NCBI RefSeq assembly: GCF_009914755.1
Contig: NC_060947.1
Origin: the human T2T-CHM13v2.0 reference genome, Homo sapiens
Length of the DNA stretch: 64,000 bases
Direction: 5' to 3' (one strand)
Shown here: piece after piece, positions 19,521 through 33,857 of the stretch
Layout: each line of letters opens with the position of its first letter
Position numbering within the stretch: position 1 is the stretch's first letter
Notes under the pieces: model-generated
What the model was told of the DNA's origin: nothing
Seen by the model: only the letters and a program-made list of their open reading frames with translations
Databases searched by the model: none
Position numbers and translations under genes: made by a program

Positions 19521-19605
19521 CTTATAAAGTAAGCAAATCCATTAATAGACAGCAGGGCTATAAGCAAAGTAAGGCAGACCATCATGGCAAAGGCAGGGTC
19601 GATGC
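19521..19605 (-). CDS. GUCY2F: GUCY2F exon 5 (transmembrane helix)
   Basis: Acceptor ctctgcag|GC, donor AAG|GTACAT, 85 nt. Encodes hydrophobic GIDPAFAMMVCLTLLIALLSINGFAYFI; cumulative 1472 nt. Confidence 0.96.
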
Positions 19606-21002
19606 CTGCAGAGAGTGAGAGGAAGAGGAAGAATGGCATTATCAGAGAGAGGCAGTAAATAAAGGGCACCACAGAGTGACTCCTCATGCTTTCTGGTGAC
19701 TCTAATATCAAGCCACATCTACCTAACCTAATTCCATTTTTTCTCAGCACAGTCTGTCTTGTTGACTTTATGGACACAGAAAGCAATTTCACTGTTGTGA
19801 AGCAAAACCACTAACCACTCTGACAATAACAAATCACATGAATTAAGGCTGACCAGAGTGTTTCTTTGGAGGAAAGAGTCCACAAATGGAAAACTTTGAG
19901 TACCTTAATTTAAGTTGGACAGCAATAGAGTTCTTGAGAATAAATATGTTATCTCACCTGTGAAAGTTAAGTATTATCTTGCCTTCATAAAATAAAAGGC
20001 CTTTTTAATTCACCTGAGCCCATATGAGTTATAGATGAAAAACGTGGTACTTCTCCTTCAAGGGTGAGGGTAAGTCTGGTTTTGATAATTAGTGTTTTCA
20101 TCAGACTGTAAATTAGTCTCCATAAAATCTAAATATTTGGATAGATTAGTAAGATTTTTTAGGGAAATATGATGTGAGTGAAGAGGTAGTTGGGTATATC
20201 ATGTTAAAGCAAAGTAGAAATCAAAGCCCCTTTCAAATAGATGCATTTGGTTTTAAAAGTGTATGGTATACAGTTGCATAATAACAATATGGGTCCTTCC
20301 AATGATCCCCTCTGGCTCTGAGAGATTGGACAAAGTTTCCCCTCTTCCACAAGCTAGAGGAGTTCCACCAGTCAATCAAACTGCAAGTATTTACTGGATA
20401 CCTACTGTGTTGGGCAGTTGGGCAGCATAAAAATTATTAGCTATGGTCCCTACCCTCAACAAGCAATATATTTGGGAGTGGAAGTGGAGAGACAATCAGT
20501 ACACAAGAAACAATTGAAAAGCAATTTTGTGCTAAGCTGTGAGGTACAGACTTTTACTTCAATGGGAGTTCAGAGAGGAGAGAGTATAGGTACGGTATTT
20601 CTGTGGTAGGACCTGATTGGCAGGATTTGGAAACATCAAGGGATGGATAGGGGACCTTGAAAGCAGGAGAAACAATCATAGGTCATAGCCTACAAAAGAG
20701 CAAGAAGAAGGCTAATGTCTTCCTCTTTTTAGAGTAAGCTCTTTGGGAAAGAGTGGGATTCTTTTTGAAAAGAGTGGTGGGGAGGCTTTTAAATTGTGGA
20801 TGGTTATTCAAGGCTGCAAAGTACCTCTCATTGTTCTTATTATTTTAAATTAACTAGATAGAGTGCCAAGAAGTGTATGTCACTCGAATGCAAATAACTG
20901 ATTTTATGAGTGTTTCAATATTAAAATGTGCCTTCTCCTAAAGAGGTTCCCTTGTAACCCAAGCTGAGCCAAATTGACTACTAGTGATTTTGCATTCCTT
21001 AC

Positions 21003-21357
21003 CTCCATGGCAGATCTTCCCTTCTGCAAACCAGCATTTTGCATCTGCTCTAGGGGGCCTGCCACCAGGGAAGTGAATAGGGGTCCCTCCGAAACGTAGC
21101 AGCTCCATTTCCATGTCCACAGTGTAGGTGCTATGGAGTTCCCATTCTTTCAAGTTGGTGTCCAGGATTACATATTCTGAAATTCCATTTCCATTTGAAT
21201 CTGTCCTCATCAACTGGTTGAATCCATGGAACTGCATGTTTCTGGAATGCTGAACCAGGCTGGCAGCACCAGCCTGTCCATTTTCTTTCATAGCATTATT
21301 CATGGCTTGTGCGATAAAGTAAATTGAATTGTAGATGGTTCCAAACAACGGTGAAAC
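21003..21357 (-). CDS. GUCY2F: GUCY2F exon 4 (end of extracellular domain)
   Basis: Acceptor aaatag|GTT, donor GAG|GTAAGG, 355 nt. Encodes VSPLFGTIYNSIY...AKCWFAEGKICHG; cumulative 1387 nt. Confidence 0.97.
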
Positions 21358-24300
21358 CTATTTTTAAAAATTACAATTATCTTGAGCCCTGGTCGCCCTA
21401 GAGCGATCTCAGAGTATATTCCAAGCCTGTGTTCATTATTATGGTCTGCACATCTGAGTGAAGTAGAGCTATGAAGACCCAGAGGAAAAAAATTGTTTCT
21501 AAGGACTTGCTTGGTTTCTCCCCTGAATTTTTCTGTTTTTTTTTCCCCCAGGCTGTCACATCTTTAAATATATCAAATATGACAATTTTATGAGCAAACC
21601 AAGTCATACATAATATATTTTTATGCTCCTAAACTAAGAAAATGATTTGGAATTATAAAGGGCACTTAAGAAAACAAGTATAGAATAGACAAGGGGAGTT
21701 CAAAGTAAATATGCCAGGTTAATTACTGGTGCACTATGCATGGTAAAATCATTTTGCTGGCACTACTAGAGTGGTAGGTGTGTGTGGAAAGACTGTAAAT
21801 AATGTGTCTCCACAGTCCATGTCTGTATCCTGTCTTAGTTCAAAATGGCTATTTTTCTAGACACATGCTCCCCAGAGAAAGTGAACATTAGAATTCAGTT
21901 TTAAACACATACCTACACATACACACATGTATGCACACGCAGACATCCACCCTGACACATACGCACCCAGCTATCTAGAGCCAAAGTTTGTAGAGTATAG
22001 AGAATGTGAATTTTAGTCAGAAAACCTATTGGTGTGCAAAGTGGCAAAGCTTCAACAAGAAGCCACTTTAAAACAGTAAGACTGCTAAGGTGGATAGCAT
22101 AACTATGCCTGCTAAATAAATATGGTAAAAGCAACAATGTTTTTGTATACTATGCCCAGATGCACTGCCCATTAACCTTGTAAGTTTATTTTTGGATAAA
22201 ATCTTGTATCTTTTTTTCCAAAAAGGTAGAGAGGATGAGCAAACAATTCCTCCCTTCTCTGTACCTCCCCCGACATGGCCCCTCACACACGCGGCCATGG
22301 CTTCATGGTTTTCCATGTCACTTCACTTCTAGGATGGAGTTCAAGAAAGCTATGGTCATGCCATTTTACTGAGCATCAGGGAAAGCTGATACTTGCTACT
22401 TTGGTTTCACAAGATCTAGAAAGCTAAGCTCCTGTAACAACCTTCATGTGAAAAAAAAGGGCTTAAAATTGAGTGAATCATTTTTTATTAGAAATAAAAG
22501 TCAAGATGCAGAGAGGTGTAGCAGATAGCAAGACACTGCCATGTCTTGTTAATGTAGAGTGGGAGTTTTCAACACCAGCTGCACATTAGAATTACCTGAA
22601 GAGTGTCAAAAATAGCAATGCCAAACCGAACCCAGACCAACAAAAAGAGATGCTTTTAGTTTGATACCCCAGTAATCAGCATTATTAAAAGCTCCTCAAA
22701 GATTCTAATATGCATGCAGGATTTTAAGACATCAGTATAGAAGATGATACCCTGTCCTGTGATCAGTGCCTAATGCCAGAATGTTTGAGAAAGTCATTTA
22801 TCAGCTTTCTCTGTGCTTCCATTTCTTCCTCTGTGAAATGAGAATACAGAATCATGAATGTCTAAACTTTAGAAGTCATCTTGTCTAACTATCTTACTTT
22901 ATAAGTAAGAAAGGGAGACACAGAGAAGTTACATGACCTGTCAAGTTCACCTACCTGAGCATAAAATAAGGAGTAAAATCCAGGTCTCCTGTTTCTTAGT
23001 TTAGCATTCTTGATTGGAATATATGTCCCCTGTGGTCCCTTCTGGCTCTGAACTCCTGTGAAAATTCCTAATACTTGGTATAGTTCAGGGACAAAATTTA
23101 GCTTGTAGACATTTTTATAGCCTGTTTAAGGGTTCTTCATCTCGCTGACGTCTCTCTTCATACTGGAGTGCCCCACAGCTCAGTCCTTGGTCCTCTTCTC
23201 TGTCCACACTAACTTCCTTGGTGATCTCTTTTGCTCTCATGGCCTTAAGTACTAGATCTATGCCATAACTCTCAGATTCATACTTCCAATTCAGACCTAT
23301 ATCCTAAATTCCAGATTGATATAGTCAATGGCCTACTTTTATATCTCCACTTGGATGTTAAAAATCAACATACCCAATGTTGAACTCATGATATTCACCC
23401 CAAATCCTCCTGATCCATCTACAACGAGTCTTGTCAGTCTACGTTAATAGCTACTCCATTCTTCTAGTTGTTCAGGCCAAAAGCCTTGCCCCACATAACA
23501 GAGTTAACTACTAGCAGAGCAGAAATCAATACCTCAGTCTCCAGAGGGTTTTATTCCAATGATCTTCCTTCATCACCCTGTCTCAAGATGTACTCTGTAG
23601 AAACAGATCATGAATGGATGGCATGTGCTGCCACCAAGGTATCCACACTTAGTTGCCTAGCACATGCTGAGCTCCCTTAAGAGGTTTTCACTAATTCCCT
23701 CTCCTGACATTCTTGGATGCTGTATTTGATTGTCTTTGTAATTTCTGCAAAACCCTGACTGTTTTCTGGGGGCTTTGGTAGGTTATGACAATAAGTGAAG
23801 GATGGAAAGTGGAGTATAAAATCAATACTAGTAAAACAAATAAGTGAAAACACACACACACACACAGGGCAGCAAGCTCCTGAAAGCAAACAGAATGCTA
23901 GTGTTCTGTTTTGAAAGGCACAGAGCCTTCTGAGAAAGAAACTGCATCTACCTACAGCCAAAAGTGAAGATTAAAACTCAAAAACAACATTCCCACCTCT
24001 GAGTTGATCCAACACACTGGGTTTTCAGCTGGCCAGGCTGTGCTGGTCTTTGTGCTCTGATTGACCCATTGGAGCTGACTGACAGAAACTCCCCAAGACG
24101 ACTGAAACCTGAAGCCTGTTCTTCAGGATTCTCTAGCCTAGACAACACATGTACTCACAGCCACAAAAGTATGGTAGAGAGACTTATAGCATAGCTATAG
24201 CAACAGCATTGACTTGCAAAAGAGGGGCTGTCACGATGGTCCACTGTCACTTCAAGGCCTTGGAGTTGTGCTGTAGTTGGTTTGAGTTCCTGCTTCACCC

Positions 24301-25769
24301 ATGGTGCCCTTCAGCAAAGGGAATTGCCTCTTCCCAAACATCAAGGGCACACAATGTTAGCATCACTCACAAAAGGTCTCTAGTTGCACTTGCCACAAAT
24401 AACGAGAAAGAGAAAAGGTAAAGGGTGGAACACAGGAAGAAGAGGCATTCTCTACAGGCCTCTATCCAGCTTCTCACTACAGCTCCAAAAAAGTAAGACA
24501 GAATTGGTAAGAACTTCTGTCAGAGAGATGACCTTGTTGACATCACAGTCCAAAATGGTGAGACCACTGATGATTAAGCCCATTGTTTTTGCCTACTGTA
24601 TAGACCTGAACCTGAAAGAATTAGTTATGAATGATAATTAAAACATATCATTGGTTTTTATTCTGTTACTTTAGATAGCTCTACCTGAGGCTTTTAAAGT
24701 TTTTATCCAAGAGAATAAGGTCTGGATCAGGAACAGTAATATATGAATTTGTTCAGCATAATGGTTCGTGCTGTTTTTAAGTTGACTACCATCAGTTCAG
24801 ATTTACTGTGTCTGAGAAGACACAAAACCGCCTTCCAAAGAATTTTATCCTCAGAAGTGTACATTAAAACATGCCTAGCTTGAAAAGCCATCACTTGAAG
24901 GACAAAATGGCACATCAATTTTGAACAAAAAGTCAGGCACATGCACAGATCAAGAAACCAAAGGATAATTGAATTCTTGTTATTAACGGCAGTACCTCCA
25001 ATAATGCATGATCTCAACCCTTGGGCATAGTCAAGAGATGGATAAAAGACCAATGTGTTTGATGTGATGCACATCAACACAAAACCCTTATTTTGTATAG
25101 AATGGGGTAGAAAGACAATCTTAGCCACTGTGAGCTGCAGGCAACCTTTTCTGACAACCTTGTTTGGTGGGCCCCATTCTGGAATGTTCCAGTCCTAACC
25201 ACATCTGCTGCAGCCTAGAATTCCCCTGCCAGGCACCCATATTTAGGGTAATAGAAAACAATAGCAATAAAGAGCATAAGGTCCCCAAGCTTTCTAAGAA
25301 ATCCTGAGGATTTCCTTTGCTTAATCAAATAACTGTACATTTGGAAAAATATCCAAAATATGTGTTCCAGCCATATACATTTGTGGCCAATAGAATTTAA
25401 CTGAAAACAAGCATTGGGAATACAATGAAAAGGAAGAATGTAGGCATCAAACCCTAATTCAGAATTCTAATTTGGCCAAAATATAAAGGTACAAAGTTAT
25501 AATCCTTGCCCAATCATCCTGAGACTAAATTAAGAAGTTCATCACTGGTGTCCCCACCCCTCAGATCTCCCTATTCTGATTTATTGTTCTCTTTTCACAG
25601 GTTCTCATAAGGCCCTAGTACCTCCTATATTACAGGAAAACAATTCAATAAATCTATTCAAATCAAAGTATTAGTCACTTAGCAATGTTACTTTGCCTGA
25701 GTAAAGCATTGGCATTAGATATTATTAGCACAGTGGAATAAAACACAACAAGCCTAATGTGTGGTTAAA

Positions 25770-25990
25770 TGATCAGGATCTGGTAGCAGACTTGGGTTGG
25801 AATCCCAGCTCTGCCACTTCCCAGCTGTATGACCTTGAGCAAGTTACCTTGAGCCTTAGTTTCCTCAACCACAAAATGTAGATATTAATATCTAATTTGT
25901 AGGTGTTGTCTGAGGATCCCATTGGATCATTTATGTAAACGACCTGGTACAGAGTAAACACTGAATATACAACAGCTGCTATTATTTGTA
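25770..25990. mobile_element. MIR (representative; others near 0.85, 1.3, 16.1, 17.1, 26.3, 29.7, 33.3, 38.4, 46.2, 51.0, 51.7, 53.0, 53.7, 59.9 and 60.2 kb)
   Basis: aatcccagctctgccacttcccagctgtatgaccttgagcaagttacc...agtttcctca core. Confidence 0.75.
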
Positions 25991-26639
25991 TTTCAGAAGA
26001 GGAGCACAGGGCTCTGGAAACATTATCCTGGAAGTATAATGTTCAAGTCCCTTGTCCTAGTTTTGAACTGGTGATCAAGAAGTACTAGAGTCCCAATTTT
26101 AGATCCAATTTCCTTAGCACCTGAAATGGAAAAACTGTTCTCCTTCATTGGGGGAAAGATCTCATTTCTATTTTGATCTCTATTATATCCCCTGCAGAGT
26201 GCCTGACCCACAATAATAATAATAACCACAACTTTAATAATAATAATGGCTAACATTAATTGAGGGGTTATCAGGTGCCAGGCAAACTATTTAGTGTGTT
26301 AATTCATTTAATCCTCACAAGAACCCTATTAGTTAGGTACTATTGTTATTTTCAATTTTAAAAATGAGGAAAAGAAGACATGGAGAGCTTAAGTAAACTT
26401 AAGGCAGTCTGCCTTCAAAACCCATGATCTTAACCTTCATATTAAATCTGAGCTTAATAAATACTTACTAACTTAATTAATAGGCTTTGGTGAACTCACC
26501 AGTAAAATAATATCACATGCACCCTTTTGTGACTTATTTTTTCCTTCATGACTTTCCATAGACTTCCTGATTAAAAATAATGAAATCAAGATTTTTTTTT
26601 ACTTCACTCTCTTTCTCCTCTCAAACATCACTCTCAAAC

Positions 26640-28880
26640 AAAGAGAACAAGGAACAGAAACACTAAATCTCCATATCTAATGGTATTAGGAAACATCTGT
26701 AACCCTGTACCACAGAATCTGAAAATAAAAAGTTGCTACAAACATGGCAACTGATTTAGCAAAGTGGGGAACAGTCAAACCTAAGTGCTTGCAGAGGGAA
26801 TTACTGATAAGCAACAAGCAGATCTGCCCCTTAAGAATCCTGGAAAGAGTAATTACAACCACCAAGTACTGTAGAAGTGAAGGTGAGGCCAAACACTAAA
26901 AGAGCGAGGGCTCTTTGAATGTCTGTGTAATAAACATGTAGACATCCCCCATACCCACCTCTACCAGGAGGTGCAGACGTCTATAGGAAACAGATTAAAT
27001 TGATTCAGAGCAGCTCCAGAGCTGGGGCACTAGACGAAAAGGAAGTTGGAAATGAGGTGGAGCACAAAAAAACAGTGATGAAGTTAAAGTTTTCATGCTT
27101 AATGGTGAGAATCCCAGTCTCCTCCCAACATTGCTTCCGGAATACTGACAGCTATGATTATGACTCCCAAGAAGATTAGAAGACTCTTCTCTGAAGAAAA
27201 AGACTAGCTCAAGAGCCAAGGCCTACAGATATTGACCAAAAGAAGCAAACAAAAAGCAACTGTTTAGCCAATTGCCCTGTACTGAAGCCCACTTGTCAAC
27301 ATATCCATCATGCACATAAACCTTCAAATCTGCAGACATCTAAGGAAAACTTTCAACATGAAATAAAAACATGAAAAATTAGGAACTGAGGAAAAAACGG
27401 ATAAAATAGAGAGCAGAAGAAAACTTCAAAAAAACTATAATGAGTACCTCAAGAAAATAGGAAAAATACTATATTGATAACAACAAGAATGAACTCTTGG
27501 AAATTAAAAATATAACTAAATCATTCTTAAGAATTAGTAAAAGTGTTAGAACACAAAGATGAGAAACTCTCCCAGAAAGGAAAACTAAAAACAAAAATAT
27601 GGACCATATAAGATAAATAATAAGACAATTAAAAGATCAACCAAGGACATCTTATATCTTATATATCTTATAGTATTTCCAGAGAGAAGAAAGACAATGT
27701 TGTTGAAGAAATTATCAAATAAACAATAGAAGAAAATTTCTCAGAAGGAATCAGCTTCTAGATTGAAAGGCTCCACCAATACAGCATATCATGTGTCAAA
27801 GACTCATACATCATCATGAAATTTCATAGCATCAGAAATAAACAGAACATTTTAAAAGTTTCTGAGAGGACAAAGAGGAATGGAAATAGGTTGTATCAAA
27901 AGATTAGGAATAAGAATGACATTGGTGTTCTCAACACCAACAGTGGAAATTGGAAGACAATGTGACATGTCTTCAAAGGACTGAGGGAAAATGATTTCTA
28001 CCCTAGATTTGTATACTCATTCAAACTATCAATCAATAGTGAAGATGAAATAATGACTTTTCGGACATGCAAAATCTCAAAAATTTACCTCCTGTAAAAA
28101 GCTACTACAGGATGTGCTCCACAAAAATGACAGATTAAACCAAGAATATAGGTCATGAGATTCATAAAACATAGATCCTGCAGAGAAGAGAAAGAAAGAG
28201 GCGTTTAAGAATTATGAAAATAGAAAACTAGCATAATATTAATAGCTGTGCAGCAGCCTTAGGGAGCAAAATGTTTAGATTGGAATAGGAAGACAGAGAG
28301 CCCCAGCAAAAACAAATGAAATTCATAAGGTATTTAATAGGCTTTACTATGCATAAAATTGTTTTGACAGGATTTTACAGCCTTATCAGAAAGTATGGAA
28401 AGACTTAGACATTCAAATTAAGGTAAACAAATTAAAAATTGAAGTAATTATTAACCCCGGTAAAAATGAAGTTACATGTGACAAGAATTATAACCATATT
28501 ATTTCATGTGGATTAGCAATAAATGATATTTACATAGTTACTATGTTAAAAATACTAAATATGGATTTAACTATAAATTGGGACATAACCATATTTAAGG
28601 TTTAAAGGAGAGTAAGGAAGTACAAAAAGACTAAGAGTGCTCCTCAACTATAATAGTAATACAACAAATAATGCTCAAAATTGATTAATCGAGAGTCACC
28701 AGTAGCAGCATAGCATTTAGAAACATAGAAGTAAATACCAGAATAAAGAGCTAAAAAAATATGAAAGTGGTTGCTTCTGATGAAGGGAAGAAAGGAGGCC
28801 TTATAGACTGCTTTGTTATTGATATAAACCTTTTAGCATTTCTTGACTTTTAAAACTATGTGTTTGTATCGCTTTGATAG
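26640..28880 (+). mobile_element. Degenerate HAL1 (ORF1-only L1 derivative), near full length
   Basis: A-rich decayed ORF1-like segment (ggaaaatgatttctaccctaga...ggacatgcaaaatctcaaaaatttacctcc) followed without ORF2 by a HAL1-like 3' end; boundaries approximate. Confidence 0.65.
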
Positions 28881-29099
28881 CTTTTTGTTCATTTCATTTT
28901 TTACTTGTTAAAGAAGCAAGGGTACAAATTAAGAGATGTTGCAGACCACTGCTGTAGGCAATGCTCCTTGTACATAGAAATCTCTATTTCATTGAAAGTT
29001 ATTGGGCAAGGGAGAAATACAGCCATCTTGTTAATGCATTTGCTTAACCATTTATTATCTGTCTCTCTCACTAAAATCTAAGGTCTATAAGGGTGGCAA

Positions 29100-29298
29100 T
29101 GAGTGATGTGCTAGTAAGTGTTTGACAACAGCTATATGGAGAGGGAAAAAAAACTCTTATTTGTAGCATTTGCCTGTTTCTGCGGTGTAACTACTACTAT
29201 CATGCCTGATTTCAAGCTACCAATTGATGTCACTGAATGGAGAGCTGGGAAAAGATGCACAGAATCAACTTTTCTGGACTGGCTCTAACATACCATTG
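29100..29298. mobile_element. MER63A-like hAT element inside an L2 3' end
   Basis: tttgtagcatttgcc...gatttcaagctaccaa core with degenerate terminal inverted repeats. Confidence 0.6.
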
Positions 29299-30739
29299 CT
29301 AGAAACCCTGTCTGTCTTGTATAGTGTTCTATCTTGGGTTCAACATATTGCCTAGCACATCAGAGGTGCTCAATAAATAGTTGTTGACCTGTTGACCAAA
29401 TAGGGAACAAACAACAGAAGCCCAGGGATAGGCAAATATCAAACTACATAATTTGATCTGAGAATATGCCATTTATAATTTTGAAAGCTGGAAATATTGA
29501 GAGACTCTCTGCCAGTAATCAGAAAACTTCAAGAGAGTAGGAAGCTAAAGATTGTAACTTAGATGCTAGGTCACCACCAATCAATAAGGTCATCCTAGCC
29601 TCAAAGGAGAAAAAGTGGAAAGAAAGGTAGCTGTGAGCCAGGCACTCTGACAGTCACTTTTTACATGTTACTTTGTTTAATTTTCACAGTAGTCCTAGAA
29701 GATATAGCTCACTTACCCATTTTACACATAGAGAAACTGAGACTCAAATGTCTAAGTAACTTGCCGAAGGGCACACAGCTAGTAAAAGTGAGAGCTTAAC
29801 ATGCAGTTTCTGCTATACTGGCTGCCTTCTAAAGTACCTTTGAGCAAGATAATTTAAGGAAAATTGGGGTTTTGTTTATCAGAGACATGAAGATAATTAT
29901 CTCACCCTTTTATCATTCTTCAGTTATGAAGGTCCAGACTGGGCACCTGCAAACTGAGGGGTACAAATGCATCCAAACAGGCTTTTTCATAAGCTCTGGA
30001 TTCTTTGTTGTAGCTATTCTATTTCCTTGTGTAAAGCAGAGTGCAGGCTGCCTAGCAACCAAGCTAATGGCGTCTTTTTTTTGCCTTAATTACCTTATGT
30101 TTTCCACAAGCTCAAAAGGATTGATGCAAATATCAAGAGAAGAAGGTCTGAGTTTTTATATCAAAATACCTGTTCATATATATGAACAATATACATACAC
30201 ATACATACATGTGCACACACACACACACATACACCCTCTCCTTCCTTCCTTTGATCCTTTGATTAAAATAGAAATTTGACTTTAATTGTATCTATGTGAT
30301 GCCATATCATTGGCTAAAAAGTACAAAAAGTTACCATCTTGTTGCTTGCCTATAAACACATCAAACAACTGGTTTGACCGACCATTTTTAGCAATTTGAG
30401 TTTTGCAATTCTTGACTAAACTGACCAGTTGTTTTCAGTTATGTGTGTGTGTGTGCATGTGTGTGTCTCCTAAAAGACAGTAATACTTATTATAAACTTA
30501 TCAGTAACAATAAAGTCCAAATCCAGCATTGTTAATATCTCTGTTATTAATTTTTTTATTAGAACAAGAATCAGCAAAATATTTGATATAAATCCTCCGA
30601 GCAGAAAGAGATACATAAACCTAAATTTCATTTGAATCACTATTCAGACAGAGAAGCAGCCCACAGAATGATGAAATAAAGGACAGATAAAAAAGAATAT
30701 GAATATCAGACACAATCAACTGCCTACCTAAGTCTTCTT

Positions 30740-31546
<807 letters not shown>

Positions 31547-32639
31547 GTATTCTAGCAAATGCCAGAGCTTTTAAACTTATGTGTATGTTGTTCTAAGTAC
31601 TTTTGAAAATGTCTGCTTTCTACATCTGACCTCCAGTGTACAGAAACGTCCCTCTGTATTTTTTCCAATCTAAATGGCTTCTTTTGTCTCCCCATCTTCC
31701 TCTCATATTCCTCGTCTTCTTTGTATTCATCCTCTTTGTTTTTGTCTTTGCTCTCCATTGTTTTCTCTACTTTCTTCCCCTCCTCACTCCTTTTTCTTTC
31801 TCTAAGCCTTCAGTGGCTATGATTGGAATCTGAAATATGCCTATACATACATTTATCTACACACATATAAATACTATTTCTTGTATATCAGAAGGGAGGA
31901 CTTCTTCCCCATTCCAAGTGGCCTGTCTTCACCCACTTACTCATTCCTCCCCACAAAGGAAAAATGAATTAATCTGACTGGTTAGTTTGGAAGGAGAAGT
32001 AAGTATGTGTAGCTCAGCCCCTCCTGTCTTCTTTCTCTTGGGAGCAGACTACCTAAAAGAAGCAAATGCTCTGCTGTTCCTCTCCAGACTACACATTTTA
32101 AAAAAGACCTGCCCTCATGGGGCAGGACTGCAGTGGTCCAGCAATGCCATTGGCCAGATGGAGAAGTTTGTTTAATCCTTGGGTTCAGTATTGGGAAGCT
32201 CAAATGCCTACAGGTAGAAGCCGCATCCTCCAATACCAGTGTTATCAAAAATAAAGGAAATAGTTTCTTATATACTAGCTCTTTTGCCTTATTGTTAAAT
32301 TAATTCAGAACTTACACCACAAACAGGACTTATTTTTATTAGGCTCCCTTGAACAGCACCAGTATATATTAAAGTTTTGTTTATCTGTTCTTAAATACAT
32401 TTATTCTTCCTGACTATATAATGTCATCGTGGGCTGCTTAAAGATAAAAGAACAAAATCTCAAATAATATGCCTTTGTTTCACAAATGTTTTCAGCAAAC
32501 TAAAGATGTTTTTAATTTGTCTGTGGTTGCCTGCCATTGACTGGGCCTCCTATGGAATTGAGACTGTTGGTCTGAAAATAATTTACCATGCTGATGTTTT
32601 AGGTTCTCAGCTCATGACAACCTATGAATGTGTACTTAC

Positions 32640-32941
32640 TTGATCGAACTCCAGCTTCTCAGGAATTTCACCTCTTGCTGCTGCCTCTGTGAAGGCTTGA
32701 TAGAAGGTCTTTTCTTGGGACTCCACTGTAATGGTCAACACTGCATCATAGGCTTCCCGGAGCTTTGGGTTGTTCCTTAGGACCCGGTAGGGGGTGTGCT
32801 TATAAGGTAAACTGTAGAGCAGGGCATCATAAGGAACAAAGACGTAGGTTCCATCAGTCATTTTCAGATCATGAGCACATTCCAAGAGATGCATCTGAGT
32901 CTCTCCCCCAATCAAAGCTGAATGCATACACATGATGATTA
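32640..32941 (-). CDS. GUCY2F: GUCY2F exon 3 (extracellular domain)
   Basis: Acceptor ggtttcag|TA, donor CAA|GTAAGT, 302 nt. Phase 1 joins exon 2 (A+TA=Ile). Encodes IIIMCMHSALIGG...EKLEFDQ; cumulative 1032 nt. Confidence 0.97.
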
Positions 32942-33606
32942 CTGAAACCAACAAAGCAAGGAGGTTATGGAAGCAAACTGTTAGTAAAGCACAGTACCAA
33001 AAACTACAGAGAGGAAAAATAAATGTGTTCTAACCAATTTGTAAGTGGTTTCTTATGCCTCCAAGATAAGCAAGATGTTGTCCTGAGCTGAGGCTGAGGT
33101 ATGCTCATGGACTCTGGATTGGGGATAGTGACAAGAGAGAGATGCCTACAGGCTGCAGAGCCTAATACTCAGACAGGAACAAGAACTAGTATAATCAATG
33201 GGGAGTAGCATAACAAAAGAGGCTTTAGGGTTGGAAAAATCAGCTTTACATCGTAACACCACCAGTTTTAACTGTGTACCCTTTTTTAAATTACTTAACC
33301 GCTCTCTGTCTCGTCCATAAAATGGAGATAACAATATATACTTATGGGATGGTAGTGATGATTGAAGAAAGGAGACAAGTCATTTACTTAGTACATAGCA
33401 CACAATAAATAGTAGCTACTATATACCTAAGAATTAGAAGAGAGAATAGTAAGAGAGGATGGGAGATGTTACCACAGCCACTATTGCTTTTTATTGTCCA
33501 TCTCCTACAAACATGCACTCTAATACATTTTGACCAATTGTTCTCATCCTTACCAAGGTCATTATAGACAATGAAAAGCACTAACTCACTCACCTATAAA
33601 TGTTAC

Positions 33607-33857
33607 TACAGGTTGAGTACTCCTTATACAAACTATTGAAGACCAGAGGTGCTTCAGACTTCAGACTTTTTTTAGATTTGGGATATTAAGTATAATATTT
33701 GCATTATACTTACCTGTTGAGCATCCCTAATCCAAAAATCTGAAATCTGAAATACTTTAATGAGTATTTCCTTTGAGAGTCATGTTGGTGCTCAAAAGTT
33801 TTCAATTTTGGAGCATTTCGGATTTCAGATTCTCAGATTAAGGACGTACTCTGTGTA
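33607..33857. mobile_element. Tigger4a/MER46A-like TcMar MITE
   Basis: TA-caggttgagta terminus; internal gagcatccctaatccaaaaatctgaaatc and ggagcatttcggatttcagatt. Confidence 0.75.

Noticed and set aside
20938-21002. Exon 4 read-through giving a soluble ectodomain ending KECKITSSQFGSAWVTREPL
   Set aside because: The donor is strong and I saw no canonical poly-A signal close downstream; short read-through frames are expected by chance.
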